A stretch of DNA of 64,000 bases, from positions 101,930,001 to 101,994,000 of the forward strand of contig NC_087472.1 of the NCBI RefSeq assembly GCF_036321535.1, written 5' to 3'. Below, one piece after another: positions 38,686-50,535 of the stretch. Source of the DNA: Camelus dromedarius (lineage: Eukaryota). The position numbers were made by a program, and so were the translations under genes. The notes beneath the pieces were generated by a model. That model did not search any database. It was given only the letters and a program-made list of their open reading frames with translations, and was not told the origin of the DNA. Position 1 is the first letter of the stretch; the number at the start of each line of letters is the position of its first letter.

Positions 38686-38913
38686 ACTGGTTTTAGCTTT
38701 TGCTGTATAACAAACCATCTGGAACCAAGGTGGCTTAAAACAGTAATTACTTTCTTTAGGTCACAATTCTGTGGGTTGACCAGGTAGTTCTGATCTGGAT
38801 CAGCTCAGGTGATCTCTACTTGGCTCTCTCCTAGGTCTGCAGACGTGAGTTAAATGAATGGCTATTTTAAGTCACTCAATTTTGGGATGGTTACATGGCA
38901 AAAGCTAACTGAT
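38686..38913. mobile_element. Two MLT1 3'-end fragments in opposite orientation
   Basis: Left 'ttagcttttgctgtataacaaacc...gtggcttaaaac' (minus) and right 'ttttaagtcact...ggcaaaagctaactgat' (plus). Confidence 0.75.
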
Positions 38914-38934
38914 CTGTGGGCTATGGCAGTCCAG

Positions 38935-39190
38935 CTAGATTAGGTGGTCGGGTAAAGCCTCACTGAGAAGGGGCCATTTAAACTGAGCCTTAAAAGATGC
39001 CAGGGAGATGTGGATGCAAAGAGGAGGTAGAGCATTCAAGGCATAGAGAACAACAAAGGCAAAGGCTGTGGTAGGAAAGAACTTGGTGTTTTGAGGGAAC
39101 TGAAGGAAGACGAAGACACGCCGCTAAGACTGAAGAACAGAGAGAGAGAAAGGCATGTAGGGAAAATCCATTCCCACTCTGACTCATAAG
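38935..39190 (-). mobile_element. L2 LINE fragment
   Basis: 'gcctcactgagaagggg...gagcattcaaggcatagagaacaacaaaggcaaaggc...tgttttgagggaac'. Confidence 0.72.
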
Positions 39191-40234
39191 GGGAAAGGAG
39201 TCATTAAAATATGTCTTTATTAATATCCTTCATTAATAGAGCCTGATTCAAAAATATATTCTGACTCTGCAGCATTTTAATTATGTAATAGAGAATATGC
39301 TAATAAAATTATCCGTGTTCTTTATACAGTCTTCCCGTGCTCTTTACTCTCCCCTCTCGCCTCTCCCCAGGCTCAGCTACAGGAGGAGGGAGCTGGGGCA
39401 GAGGCTAAGTGAATATTCCTTAAAATGAAGACAGAACAAAAACTCGTCTACCAAACAAGAGTTCAGAAAAACAAGACATTGGTGTGAGTCGGCCATTTAG
39501 CAAGCCGGCCATTTGGCATGCTGGATTCTGGAAAATTGGCTTCAGGCTTTGTAATCCTGAAAACTTCCAGCTCGTCCCTCTCTGTGTGTTATTCTCTTCT
39601 GAGAAAATAGCCCAGATGAAGCCCAAGGCCCTTCTAGCTCTGGTGTAATGAGGTTTTACGGGACTCATGAGTTTCATGGGGTTGTGTGTGGGTGTGCAGA
39701 TGAGTAAGTAGAAATTAATTAAACTCAGATGCCTGAAAAGTATTAAAATAGAAAGGGAGTGAGAGACCTTGGAGGTTGGAGCAGAGCAAAGGGGGTGGGG
39801 GGAAGGCGTTCGCTGGGTCGTCTTGAATTGCACCAGATTTTAGTTCAACAATAAACTAGTCCTCTAATTTCAACATCTAATGCTTGGGCAAGAATGTGTT
39901 CTAACAGGACAATGGATCTGGGAATCGACCAGAATTGAAACCCTTGTCTCAACAATGAAGTAAATTCACCAGGCAAATCCCCAAGTAAGTTCTGTTTAGT
40001 TTTGTTTTCTGAAATGAAGGAAAGAAACTACACCATATCCGGCATGGAAGCAGACTTCTAGGCAAAAATAGGAGCAAATGTGGAAAGAGAATTGAAGAAT
40101 ACATCATGCCTGAGGCACTCATCAGGAGACCAACGTAGTAGACCTGCTTCTGTTAGTAACTAAGTATATAACATGGAGAAAATTGCATCATCTTTCTGTG
40201 CTACCGTTTCCTCTCATGAAGACATGACTGGACC

Positions 40235-40425
40235 GCAGATGGCAAAAACTTCGTATGCATGACACCAACAGCTCTGTCCAGGCCAGCAAGAGTTATCAAT
40301 AATTAGTCACAGCAGTCTTTGCTGTAACATCTAGAGATGCTCTCAGAATTCATCTCAACACAGTGCTTCCAGTAACCACTACCAAGTTAACAGAATTGGC
40401 TCTCAAAATGAAACACTTTTCTGAA
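40235..40425 (-). mobile_element. MER103C-like hAT MITE
   Basis: 'ctcagaattcatctcaacacagtgcttccagtaaccactacca...gaattggc...atgaaac' resembles the recalled MER103C reverse strand. Confidence 0.55.
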
Positions 40426-41009
40426 CCAGACCACTAGTTCCCAACCTTTGGGCTGCAGACTCCTGGGAGGCTGAGAGGTTAATGAAAAATCTCTGAAGAG
40501 TCATATGCTTGCCAAGCCCTGTCTATAGTATCAGTGAAGTACTATCTTACCAGTGTCTTCATTCCCAAAAGAGAAGGGGAGTATCTGGCCAAGGGCATTT
40601 CAAGCCTCTCTTCTGCTCTGGTACTTTCTGTTCTGAAGCTAAATTTCTCTCTGTCCTCTACCTACTTCCCTTCTACCTCCATCCCCTACCCAAGATCTTC
40701 CAACACTAACAGTTTCATTTGGTCAGGAAGGGATTTCCTAACCCTGGTGACAGGGGAAAGAACCAGGCAGCATCTGACAGCAGACAAATCTCAGTAATCA
40801 TCATTGCTTTGTCCTTGAATGAGCTGTGACCCACTTGAGGGTCATCTGTCGAAACTGTCTCTGGATTTCAGTTTCATATTTCAGGTCATACAGCCAGGCC
40901 TTCCTTTCTCTATCATCTCCCAGACTTTCCTAAAGGTTTAATATCATCACAGATTCAAGTTTAGTTTCTCTTTCAGCATTTTAGTGTGGAAAGCTAAGAC
41001 CCAAGCCAG

Positions 41010-41205
41010 TATGGAGCACAAGCTTGGGCACCGTCGCTTACCAGCTGAATGACCTTCAGTAGCTTCTTTCATCTTTTAGAGCCTCAGTTCCCTCGTCTGT
41101 AAAGTGGGATAGTGGTGGTGATTAAATAAGACAATGCATGTAAATTGTCTCATACAGTACAGAACCTGCCACATAATAAGTATTTGAAAAATAATAATAA
41201 TAAGG
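41010..41205 (+). mobile_element. MIR SINE
   Basis: 'gagcctcagttccctcgtctgtaaagtgggata...gattaaataagacaatgcatgtaaa'. Confidence 0.82.
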
Positions 41206-41300
41206 ATGATGCTAGCTAAGTTTACTGGACACTTACTATGGTGTCAGGTATTCTGTTAAGCATGTTACAGACAACCTGCTTAGTCAAATACAGTTTCTTT

Positions 41301-41742
41301 AGTGATAGGATGCAAAAATACCCACAGTTCTTTGCAGCTTCTTTATCTCCACTCCTTGATTCCAAGTACTACACAATACAATGTGACAGAAACCACATTG
41401 TGAGTTTGAAGCCTAGGCCTAAACAGACTTTGCAGACTTCTGTTCTTGCTCTTGGGACTGTGCCCAGCTGCCATGTAAACAGACCAGGCCTGGTCTACTG
41501 GAGGGTGAGGGACAAATGGAGCAAAGACATGCTTTCCCAGCTAAAGCCAGCCTAGACCAACAATTCCCAGGCCGACACAGCAGCTGACCACATTTGCACG
41601 AGGCAGCTGATCATGTAAGCCTGACTCAGATCAACAAAACTGCCTCACTGATCCCAGTGCAAATTGCTGCCCCACAGAGTTATGAACTAAATAAATGATT
41701 ATTGTTTTTAACCATCATGTTTTGTGATGACTTCTAAAGCAA
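41301..41742 (+). mobile_element. MLT1H/G-like solo LTR
   Basis: 'gcctaggcctaaacagac', 'ctgccatgtaaac' and 'aaataaatgattattgtttttaacca'. Confidence 0.75.
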
Positions 41743-42145
41743 GCCATTTTCTTCTTGAGTACACAGCTAGACTATATTTCCCATACTCCTTTGCTCCTAG
41801 ATTGGCCATGTGAGTAGTTCAGCCTGATGAAATGTGGGTAGAAAGTGGCATGTGTCACTTTCATGCCAAAGCACTTTAGGAGTTGGTGTGCTTTCCCACT
41901 TTTCCTTCCTTTGTTCAATGGATGCAGAGATTCTAGTAAAGGGCTGTAAGGCCTTAGGTGTTGTGGAGCCACAATATGGAAAAGAGCTTTGGGTCCCTAA
42001 ATCACCACATAGAGGAGAACCACCCACTTAATGAAGACATCCATTTGGACTTCACATGATCAAGTAATAAACTTCAGTTGTGTTAAGCCACTGAAGTATG
42101 AGGATGTCTCTGTTATGGTAGTTAGCATGATCTTAACCAGCACAC
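41743..42145 (+). mobile_element. MLT1J-like solo LTR
   Basis: 'acacagctagactatatttcccat' and 'aataaacttcagttgtgttaagccactga'. Confidence 0.78.
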
Positions 42146-42194
42146 AGGGACTGTATAATTAAATTACTCCCATTTACCAATAAAAAAACTGAGT

Positions 42195-42480
42195 AAACAC
42201 AAACATAGAAACTAAAATTATGGTTACCAAAAGGGAAAGGGGGGAGACGGATAAATTAAGAGTACGGGATTAATAGATACATACGACTATATCTGAAACA
42301 GATAGACAACAACTTTATACTGTATAGCACAGGGAACTATATTCAATATCTTATAATAGCCTATAATGGAAAAGAATCTGAAAAAGTATATACACACACA
42401 TATATATAAAGCAATCACTTTGCTGTACACCTGGAACTAGCACAATATTGTAAATCAAATATACTTCAATTAAAAAAAAA
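42195..42480 (+). mobile_element. 5'-truncated cetartiodactyl LINE-1 3' UTR
   Basis: 'ttatggttaccaaaagggaaagg...tatagcacagggaactatattcaatatc...atacttcaattaaaaaaaaa'. Confidence 0.92.
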
Positions 42481-42619
42481 GAAACTATATCCTAGTAACA
42501 CAGGAAACTTGGATGGGCTTCCTCCAAAGCCCACTTCCACGGAGTTCACGGTAGCCAAAGGTTTGGGGCTATGCCATATTAGGTGTCTTCAAAAAGCCAT
42601 TGCCTTCCAAAAGGTTAAA

Positions 42620-43060
42620 TATTATGCTCACAAAAATGCACATGAAAACATCAGACACACCCAAATAGAAGAACATCTTCCAAAACAACTCGTCTGTACT
42701 CTTCAAAAATGTCATGGTTAAGAAAAACAAAGGAAAGCTAAGAAATTCTTCCAGATAGAAGGAGAGCAGCATCTGTCAACTAAATGTTAATACGTGATCC
42801 TGGACTGGATTCCGTGGGGGCAGAGGAGGCAGGAAAACTATTAAGACCATTATTGGGGCAATTGATGGAAATGAAATGTGGATTTGGTAATAGTATTGAA
42901 TCAATACTGTATTTTCTAATATTGGCAACTGTGCTGTGATTGAGTAAGGCAACATCCTTGTTTTTAGTAAATGTTGTTATGTTTAGAGTAAAAAGGAGCA
43001 ATGTTTCTAAACAACAAAAAAGAAACTGAGTAAAGAGAAAAAAAGCTAGCACAAATTAGA
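42620..43060 (+). mobile_element. Old LINE-1 (L1MC/MD type) 3' UTR fragment
   Basis: 'aaacatcagacacacccaaat...gtactcttcaaaaatgtca' is similar to 50015-50100. Confidence 0.7.
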
Positions 43061-43756
43061 AAATGAACCTAGGTTATCTGATTCATAGCAAGTCCACATA
43101 CTAGCTTCCCAAGGTAGTTTTAAGAGTCATTCTTATTAATAGTCCTCCAGGCTTTATGAGTTACTGTGTAGACACACAACAATACAAGCCTTTGACATTT
43201 CTTGCCCTTTCCTCATCCCAAAACTCCACTAACTTTGAGGTTGGTGTGGAAGGAGGAATTCACACTGGTGTTCCTGTCTCTTCAGACTCCAGTTGCCCAG
43301 TCGTCACAGCCAGAGAGAATGGCCTAAAGACCTTGCACCCACAGAACTTCTGAGGGCACTGCTGTCATCCATGGCTGCCTGCAGAGCTCTGGGTCTACCA
43401 CACGGGTCATGCTCCAATGCATTTCAGGGTTCTCCCCTGGTTCCCATGCCTCTCACTTCATTTACACCAGTCTCTCCCCAGTATTACAATGATCAATGCA
43501 GTGGAAGGGACAATGAAATGTTAATTCAACAGTTACTTACTGGGTACCTACTACGTGCCATGTATTGTACCAGGCCCTGGGAATGCAATGAAAAAACACT
43601 GATAGAATCCCTGCCCTCACCAAGCTTATATCTGATGGGCAAAGGAAAAAGAGTAGGTATGATGTCGACAGAGGTGTGAACCTACTTAGATTTTAATGGA
43701 TATCCAGAATAGATGAGTGATGGTGTATATGGTGATTACTTTGCCAACATCTAGGG

Positions 43757-44188
43757 CAGCAATTCTTCACTTCAGCTTGTATGAGGATCACCCAAAGAAG
43801 CTTCAGTTTAAAAAAGCACCCTGGTGGGGAGGGTACAGCTCAGTGGTAGAGTGTATGCTTAGCAAGCATGAGGTCCTGGGTTCAATCCCAGGTACCTCCA
43901 TTAAAACAAGCAAACAAACAAACAAACCTAATTACCTCCACTCCACTCCATCCCCAAAAATCAAATCAAATCAAATCAAATCAAATCAAATCAAATCAAA
44001 TAAAAATAAAATTAAATTAAAATAAAATTAAATTAAATTAAAATAAAATAAAATAAAATAAAAAGCACACTACAGGACCTTATCCTCAGAAATTCTGACC
44101 TGACAGATGAGAAGAATGGATCCAGGAATCTGCATTTTTAACAAACTCACTGGGAGATTCTAATTCATATTGTCCTTTGAGAAACTCC
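43757..44188. mobile_element. MER5-like hAT MITE interrupted by a SINE
   Basis: 'ccaggaatctgcatttttaacaaactc' and terminal 'ctttgagaaac'. Confidence 0.6.
43823..44059 (+). mobile_element. tRNA-Ala-derived SINE (Vic-1 type) with compound pentamer tail
   Basis: 'ggggagggtacagctcagtggtagagtgtatgcttagcaagcatgaggtcctgggttcaatcccaggtacctcca'; TSD aaaaagcaccct (43811-43822) / aaaaagcacact (44060-44071). Confidence 0.92.
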
Positions 44189-44249
44189 AGTCTGTGATAG
44201 AAACTCCCACAGAACTTTGTAGATGTGGTACCGAAACTCATGGGCAGAT

Positions 44250-44600
44250 CCAGGCCTGGTTACTGCAAGAGCCCAAGAGAGGAGGTTCTGTGCTCCAATG
44301 GAAAGGTCAGGGAAGGCTTCCAAAAGGAAGTGACACAACATTTGAATGGTAAACCACTCAGAGAAGGAGAATGAATGGCATTCTGGGCAGATGGAACAGC
44401 ACATGTAGGGGCCTGGAGGCATGAAACAGCATTATGGGGAAGAGAAAAGGCAAGAAGTTCAGTAGGATGCAGTGCTGGGTCCTGGAGGAAGGAGGTAGGA
44501 CAAAAAGCTAGAAAGGCAGGCACCGATAAGATCATAAGGAATTTCTTGGGCTAAGGTAAGAGATTATCTTGATAATGGTGAGGAGTCATCGGCAGTTGAC
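44250..44600 (-). mobile_element. L2 LINE fragment
   Basis: 'ggtcagggaaggcttccaaaaggaagtgac...ggcattctgggcagatggaacagcacatgtaggggcctggaggcatga'. Confidence 0.78.
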
Positions 44601-44916
44601 GTAGGTGACTTCTGGAGCTTTTTTCAATAAAAGTTTTTTGAATCTAGAAGGCTACTTGCTTCTTCCAAAATTACTTTATAAATTGGTAATATGTATATAA
44701 TATCAATGCATTTTAGTCACAAGCATTTATAGGATCTTACTATGTGAATGAGGTGGTATTATAGATAAGCAGAGAAAACAGACACTATTATTAAATAGTA
44801 TTAGGACAACTGGCTAGCCATAAGGAAAAAGATCAAATTATATCCATAGCTCACACTATCCACAAGCATAAACTCCAAAAGGATCAGGGATCTAAACGTA
44901 AAAGAAAAAAAAAAAA

Positions 44917-46540
44917 GACCTAGCCACAGCAATCAAAGAAAAAGAATGAAAAGTAATCCAAACTGGAAAAGAAGTAGTAAAACTGTCACTGTTTGCAGAT
45001 GACAAAGAAAATCCTAAAGATGCTACCAGAAAACTACTAGAGCTCATCAACTAACTTGGTAAAGTTGCAGGACACAAAATCAATACACAGAAATCTGTTG
45101 CATTTCTATACACCAAAAACAAATTGTTTCCTTAATTTCTTTTTCTGACGATCTCATTTACCATCACATCAAAAACAATAAAATTCCTACGAATAAACCT
45201 ACCTAAGGAGGCAAAAGACCTGTACTCCAAAAACTAGATACTGGAGAAAGAAATTTAAGATGACACCAACAGATGAAAAGATATACTATGTTCTTGTATA
45301 GGAAGAATCAATATTGTTAAAATGGCCATATAACCCAAGGCAATCTACAGATTCAATGCAATCTCTATCAAACTACCAGTGGCATTTTTCACAGAACTAG
45401 AGCCAAAACTGTTAAAATTTGTATGGAAACACAAAAGATCCCAAATAGCTAAAACAATTTCGAGACAGAAGAACAGAGCTGGAGGAATCACGCATCCTGA
45501 CTTCAGACTATACTACAAAGCTACAGTAATCAAAACAGTACGGTACTGGCACAAAACCAGATATGTAGATCAATGGTACAGGATAGAAAGACCAGAAATT
45601 AACCCAAACACTTACGGTCAATTAATCTATGACAAAGGAAGCAAGAATATACGATGGAGAAAAGACAGTCTCTTCAATAAATGGTGCTGGGAAAACTGAA
45701 CAGCTACACATAAAAGAATGAAATTAGAGTATTCTCTAACACCATGTACAAAAATAAACAAAAATGGATTAAAGAATTAAATGTAGACCAGATGCTATAA
45801 AACTCCTAGAGAAACATAGGCAGAACACTCTTGGACATAAATCACAGCAATACATTTTTGAGCCCAACTCCTGGTGTAATTAGAAATAAAAGCAAAAATA
45901 AACAAATGGGAAATAAATTTAAAAACTTTTGCACAGCTAAGGATACCATCAACAAAATGAAAAGATAACCTATAGAACAGGAGAAAACAATTGCAAATGG
46001 TGTGACCAACAAGGGACTGATTTCTAAAATATACAAACAGCTCATACACATTAATATCAAAAAACACAAGCAACCCAATCAAAAAATGGGCAGAAGACCT
46101 AAATAGATATCTCTCCAAAGAAGATAGACAGATGGCCAACAAGCACATGACAAGATGCTCAAAATCACTAATTGTTAGAGAAATACAAATAAAAACTACA
46201 AGATATCACCTCACACCAGTCAGAATGGCCACCTTTAAAAAGTCTACACACAATAAATGCTGGATAGGATGTGGAGAAAAAGGAACCCTCCTACACTGTT
46301 GGTGGGAATGTAAATTGGTGCAGCCACTATGGAGAACAATATTGAGGTTTCTTAAACTTTAAAAAATTAAAAATAGAGTACTACATGATCCAGCAATCCC
46401 ATTCCTGGGCATATATCTAGAGAAAACTCTAATTGGAAAAGATACATGCACCCCAATGTTCATCACAGCATTATTTATTAATAGCCAAGACATGGAAGGA
46501 ACCTAAATGTTCATCAACAAATGACTGGATAAAGAAGATG

Positions 46541-46594
<54 letters not shown>

Positions 46595-47138
46595 TATATA
46601 TACACACACACATAGACATATACACACACTCACATATATATATTCCATTGTGTGTGTATATATATACACATACATACATATAATGGAATACTAATCAGCT
46701 ATAAAAAGAACAAAATAATGCTATTTGCAGCAATATGGATGGACCTAGAGATTATCATACTAAATGAAGTGAGACAAAGAAAGACAAATGTCATTTGATA
46801 CCACTTATATGTGGAATCTAAAAACAAAGATACAAATAAACTTATTTACAAACCAGAAATGGACCCAAAGACATAGGAAAAAAAACTATGGTTACCAAAG
46901 GGGAAAGGGGAGAGGGAAGGATAAATTAGGAGTTTGGGGTTAACATATACACACTACTATATATAAAATAGATAAACAACAAGGACCTACTGCATAGCAC
47001 AGGGAACTATATTCAATATCTTGTAATAATCTATAATGGAAAAGAATCTGAAAAAGAATATATATAGGTATAACAATGACTTTACTGTACACCTGAAACT
47101 AATACAACATTGTAAATCAACTATACTTCAATTTTTTA
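44917..47138 (+). mobile_element. 2.2-kb 5'-truncated cetartiodactyl LINE-1 (RT to 3' UTR), disrupted
   Basis: FADD codons at 44992-45003; ORF 45379-45699 'FFTELE...[19 protein letters not shown]...[10 protein letters not shown]'; ORF 46132-46362 Cys-rich domain; stops and frameshifts. Confidence 0.96.
46551..46682. repeat. Compound (TA)n/(CA)n tract inside L1
   Basis: Seen directly. Confidence 0.9.
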
Positions 47139-47290
47139 ATGACAAAAAAATAAAATTTCGCATGGCCAAAAAAACACTATAAACAAAATCAAAAGACAAC
47201 TGACAAATGGAGAGAAAAATTCTTAAGTATATCATAGAAAAAGGATTACTATTCCTAATACATAAATAATTCCTGAAAAAGGGAGGACAA

Positions 47291-47524
47291 GGGGCTGGGG
47301 GAAGGGTGTGATGAGGAATTAGTGCTTAATGGTTATAGAGTTTCTGTCTGGGATGATGGAAAAGTTCTGGAAATAGATATTGGTGATGATTGCACAACAG
47401 CATTAATGTACTTAATGCCACTGAATTGTACACTTAAAATGGATAAATTGGCAAGTGTGATTTATACGTGTGTGTGTGTGTGTATATATATAAAACCACT
47501 ATTAATATTTTTTTAATCTTTGAA
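47291..47524 (+). mobile_element. L1MB-type 3' end nested in the old L1
   Basis: 'taatggttatagagtttctgtctgggatgatggaaaagttctgg...aatgccactgaattgtacacttaaaatgg'; TSD aaaaagggaggacaa (47276-47290) / aaaaatgaaggacaa (47525-47539). Confidence 0.85.
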
Positions 47525-49370
47525 AAAAATGAAGGACAAAGAACAACGAAAACAAAACCTGATGGAAAAATCAGAAAAATACATCAGCAGGCAATTCACA
47601 GGTAAGTCATAAAAATAGCCCTTAAACATTAAGAAAAATGTTTAAACTCTTTCATAATTAGAGAAATACAAAATAAAGCAATACTAAGATACCATCTCTC
47701 ACCTATCAGATTGGTAAAACTTTAAGAGCATGACAACAAATTGTGTTAACAAGGCTGTGAGGAAACAGGCAGCCTCATACATTATTGGTGGGAATGCAAA
47801 CTGGTACAACTCTACTGGAGGGAAGTTTAGCAATATGTACAGAATTACATATACAAGTTAACTTTTCACTCAGCAATATATCTCTTCTGGGAAAAACATC
47901 TAACAATACAAAAATACATACGTACAAGATTTACAAAATAATGGAAACCACCTAAATGCTGATACATGGGAGACTGGTTGAATAAATAAATGAAGCATCT
48001 GCCCAATGGAGTACTATATGGGGATGTAAAAGAAGAATGAGGAAGATATCTACGTACTGATATGGAATAGATTCCAAGACATAATGGTAAGTAGGAAAAA
48101 AAAAAGCACAGTATGCTCCCCCTCATGTGAGAAAGAAGAGGATATAAGAAAATATAGATTATCTGCTCAATGGTTCAAAAGAAATGGAGAAAGGATAAAC
48201 TAGAAACTGAGGATATTGGGTAACAAGAGGGCATCCCCTATCTGTGGGAACAGAGTGGGGGGAAATAGAGGAACACAATGAGTAGTGGAGATGAGAGGGA
48301 AGTGACATTTTTATGAGCATACTTTTTGTTCAGTTCTGGCTTTCAGAACTGCATTAATGCTTTGATGATCCTTTAAAAAATGATTAAAACCAGAATGTGA
48401 AGAGAGGTCAAGATGGTCCACAATCAGTAACAAATGAGTTTAAGTTATTACAAGTGAACAATGTAACCACTCTGAAGGGAAAATAACCTAAGTAAAAATT
48501 TTAAACAGTAGTTTGATTATATACCATAAAGTTAAAGACATAAAGAACTCTACATTGTTCTCTAGTTAGTAAATTGTTTTTCACAGGGCTTTAGTTTAGC
48601 AATTCCAAAACTACTTTATGTGTGTGCTAGGACTGAGCAAACACACAAATTTATCATGGATAATGAGAAACAGGTTTCTCACTGTTGGGGGAAGGAATTA
48701 CAAATAAGGAAAAGAGGGAAGCTAGAATGAACTCTGGAGTGTCAGACTAGAGGAAATATCAGTATGAATTCATGGCTTTTAACATATGTACATACGAAGA
48801 GGAAGAGAAGTAAATATAGATGTGTTACACACGTGTAAGCATACATACATATATTCCCTACCTCCGTTTATGGAGAGCATGAGGAAGTAATGATGCTCCA
48901 GTAGCAACAAGCGTACCTAGCACCCACCCACATCTTGGCTCCTAAATACCATTCTCCAATAAAAGGAATCAGGGCTCCGTAGAGAAATGGCCATTTCAAA
49001 GTTGAAGCAGGGAAACTATAAGATAAGCCTGGCATATCTTGGAGTGCCAGAAAGTAAGAAAGTGCTCAGAAAATGATAGGGCATGTTGAAAGGACATGGA
49101 ACCAACTCAAAGGAGTTTCAAATGGTCAAATCTGGGAGAATTTGACCAATAAAATAATGACAGTAATGGATTACAACCCACAAGGAAAATAATATCTATA
49201 CTGATATAAATAAATATATAAATAAGCAAATAAATAAAACAGTAGCTATTCCTTGCAGTAGAACACCAATGAATAAATGTAAAGAAATGATGAAAACCGA
49301 AAAACACTATTTAGCAAAGACCACAGTAACTAATAGTTGTTGCAGGCAAGAATCATTGATGGATGCTATC

Positions 49371-49748
49371 TCTTATGGACTGAACTGTGTCCTCCCAAAA
49401 TTCGTATGTTGAAGCCCTAACCCCAAGGTAACTGTATTTGGAGACAAGTCCTTTAAAGGAGGTAGTTAAGGGTAAATGAGATCATAAAGAATGGGACCCT
49501 AATCCAATAGGACTGGTGTCCTTACAAGAAGAGAAAGAGACACTAGGGATGTACACACAGAGAAAAGGCCATGTGAGGACATAGTGAGGCCGTCTACAGG
49601 CCCAGGAGGGAAGCCTCAGGAGAAACCAATCCTGCTGGCACCTTGATCTTGAACTTCTAGCCTCCAGGACTGTGAGAAAATAAGTTTCTGTTGTTTAAGC
49701 CACTGAGTCTGTGGTATTTTATTATGGCAGCCCTAGCAAATTAATATG
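49371..49748 (+). mobile_element. MLT1A/B-like MaLR solo LTR
   Basis: 'ttatggactgaactgtgtcctcccaaaattcgtatgttgaagccctaacccc' through 'tatggcagccctagcaaattaata'. Confidence 0.92.
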
Positions 49749-50535
49749 GATGATGAAGTTAGTGTGCAAAAGCATCATGAGAAACAAGATATTTACATCA
49801 CCTCAATGTTTCTCCTCACAAGACACTTTTAATTACAAGGGTTAAAATAGTAACTTTACGGTGGAGAAACCCTGCAGACCCCACCTTAAGCAAGTGATCA
49901 AGGTTAACATTACTAGTAATAAGACATTGACATCATGAACTCCTGATATAACAGACACAACATCATTTCTGTGGAATTCTTGCCCAAAATGCAAAACCTC
50001 AATAAAAAAAAATGAGAAACATTAGACAAATCCAAATTAAAGGACATGCTACAAAATAACTGGCTAGTACTCTTCAAAAGTGCAAAAGTCATGAAAGACG
50101 AGGGAAAACTGAGGAAATGTCACAGAGTGGAGGAGACTAAAGAGACATGACAACTAAGTGTAACGTAGGATCCTGGACCAGGAAAAGACATCAGTGGAAA
50201 ACTGGCAAAATCCAAATAGGGCCTATAGACTAATTAATAGTATTTTACCAATTTTAACTTCCTAATTTCAATATTGTACTATGATTATGCAAGATGTTAA
50301 CAGTAGGGGAACAGGGTTGAGGGTATATGGGAAATTCACACCATTTTTACAGCTTCTCTGTAAGTGTAAAATTATTTCAATATAATTTTTAAAAACTCAA
50401 TGTTGAATAAAAAGGGTTCAGAATGTTACACTAGGAGTTTATGTGCATATTCTTCTAAAATACATATACAAGCAATAAAATGCATTGTTCATAGAAACAC
50501 ATATACAAAAAAAAAAAGTACAACCATGAGCTAGA

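Larger units (their letters stand above)
44765..50395 (+). mobile_element. Large old LINE-1 (L1MC/MD type) 3' half with nested insertions
   Basis: Diverged ORF2 end at 44765-44915 and 47140-48100, then a long L1MC-like 3' UTR to about 50395; interrupted by a younger L1, an L1MB end and an MLT1. Confidence 0.8.

Noticed and set aside
43826..43900. tRNA-Ala(AGC) genes here and at about 31761 and 55987
   Set aside because: Each has an A-rich tail, a target-site duplication and scattered mismatches, so they are tRNA-derived SINEs.
44917..47138. Active LINE-1 or domesticated reverse transcriptase
   Set aside because: 5'-truncated, with a deletion beside the FADD motif, an inversion, stops and frameshifts.
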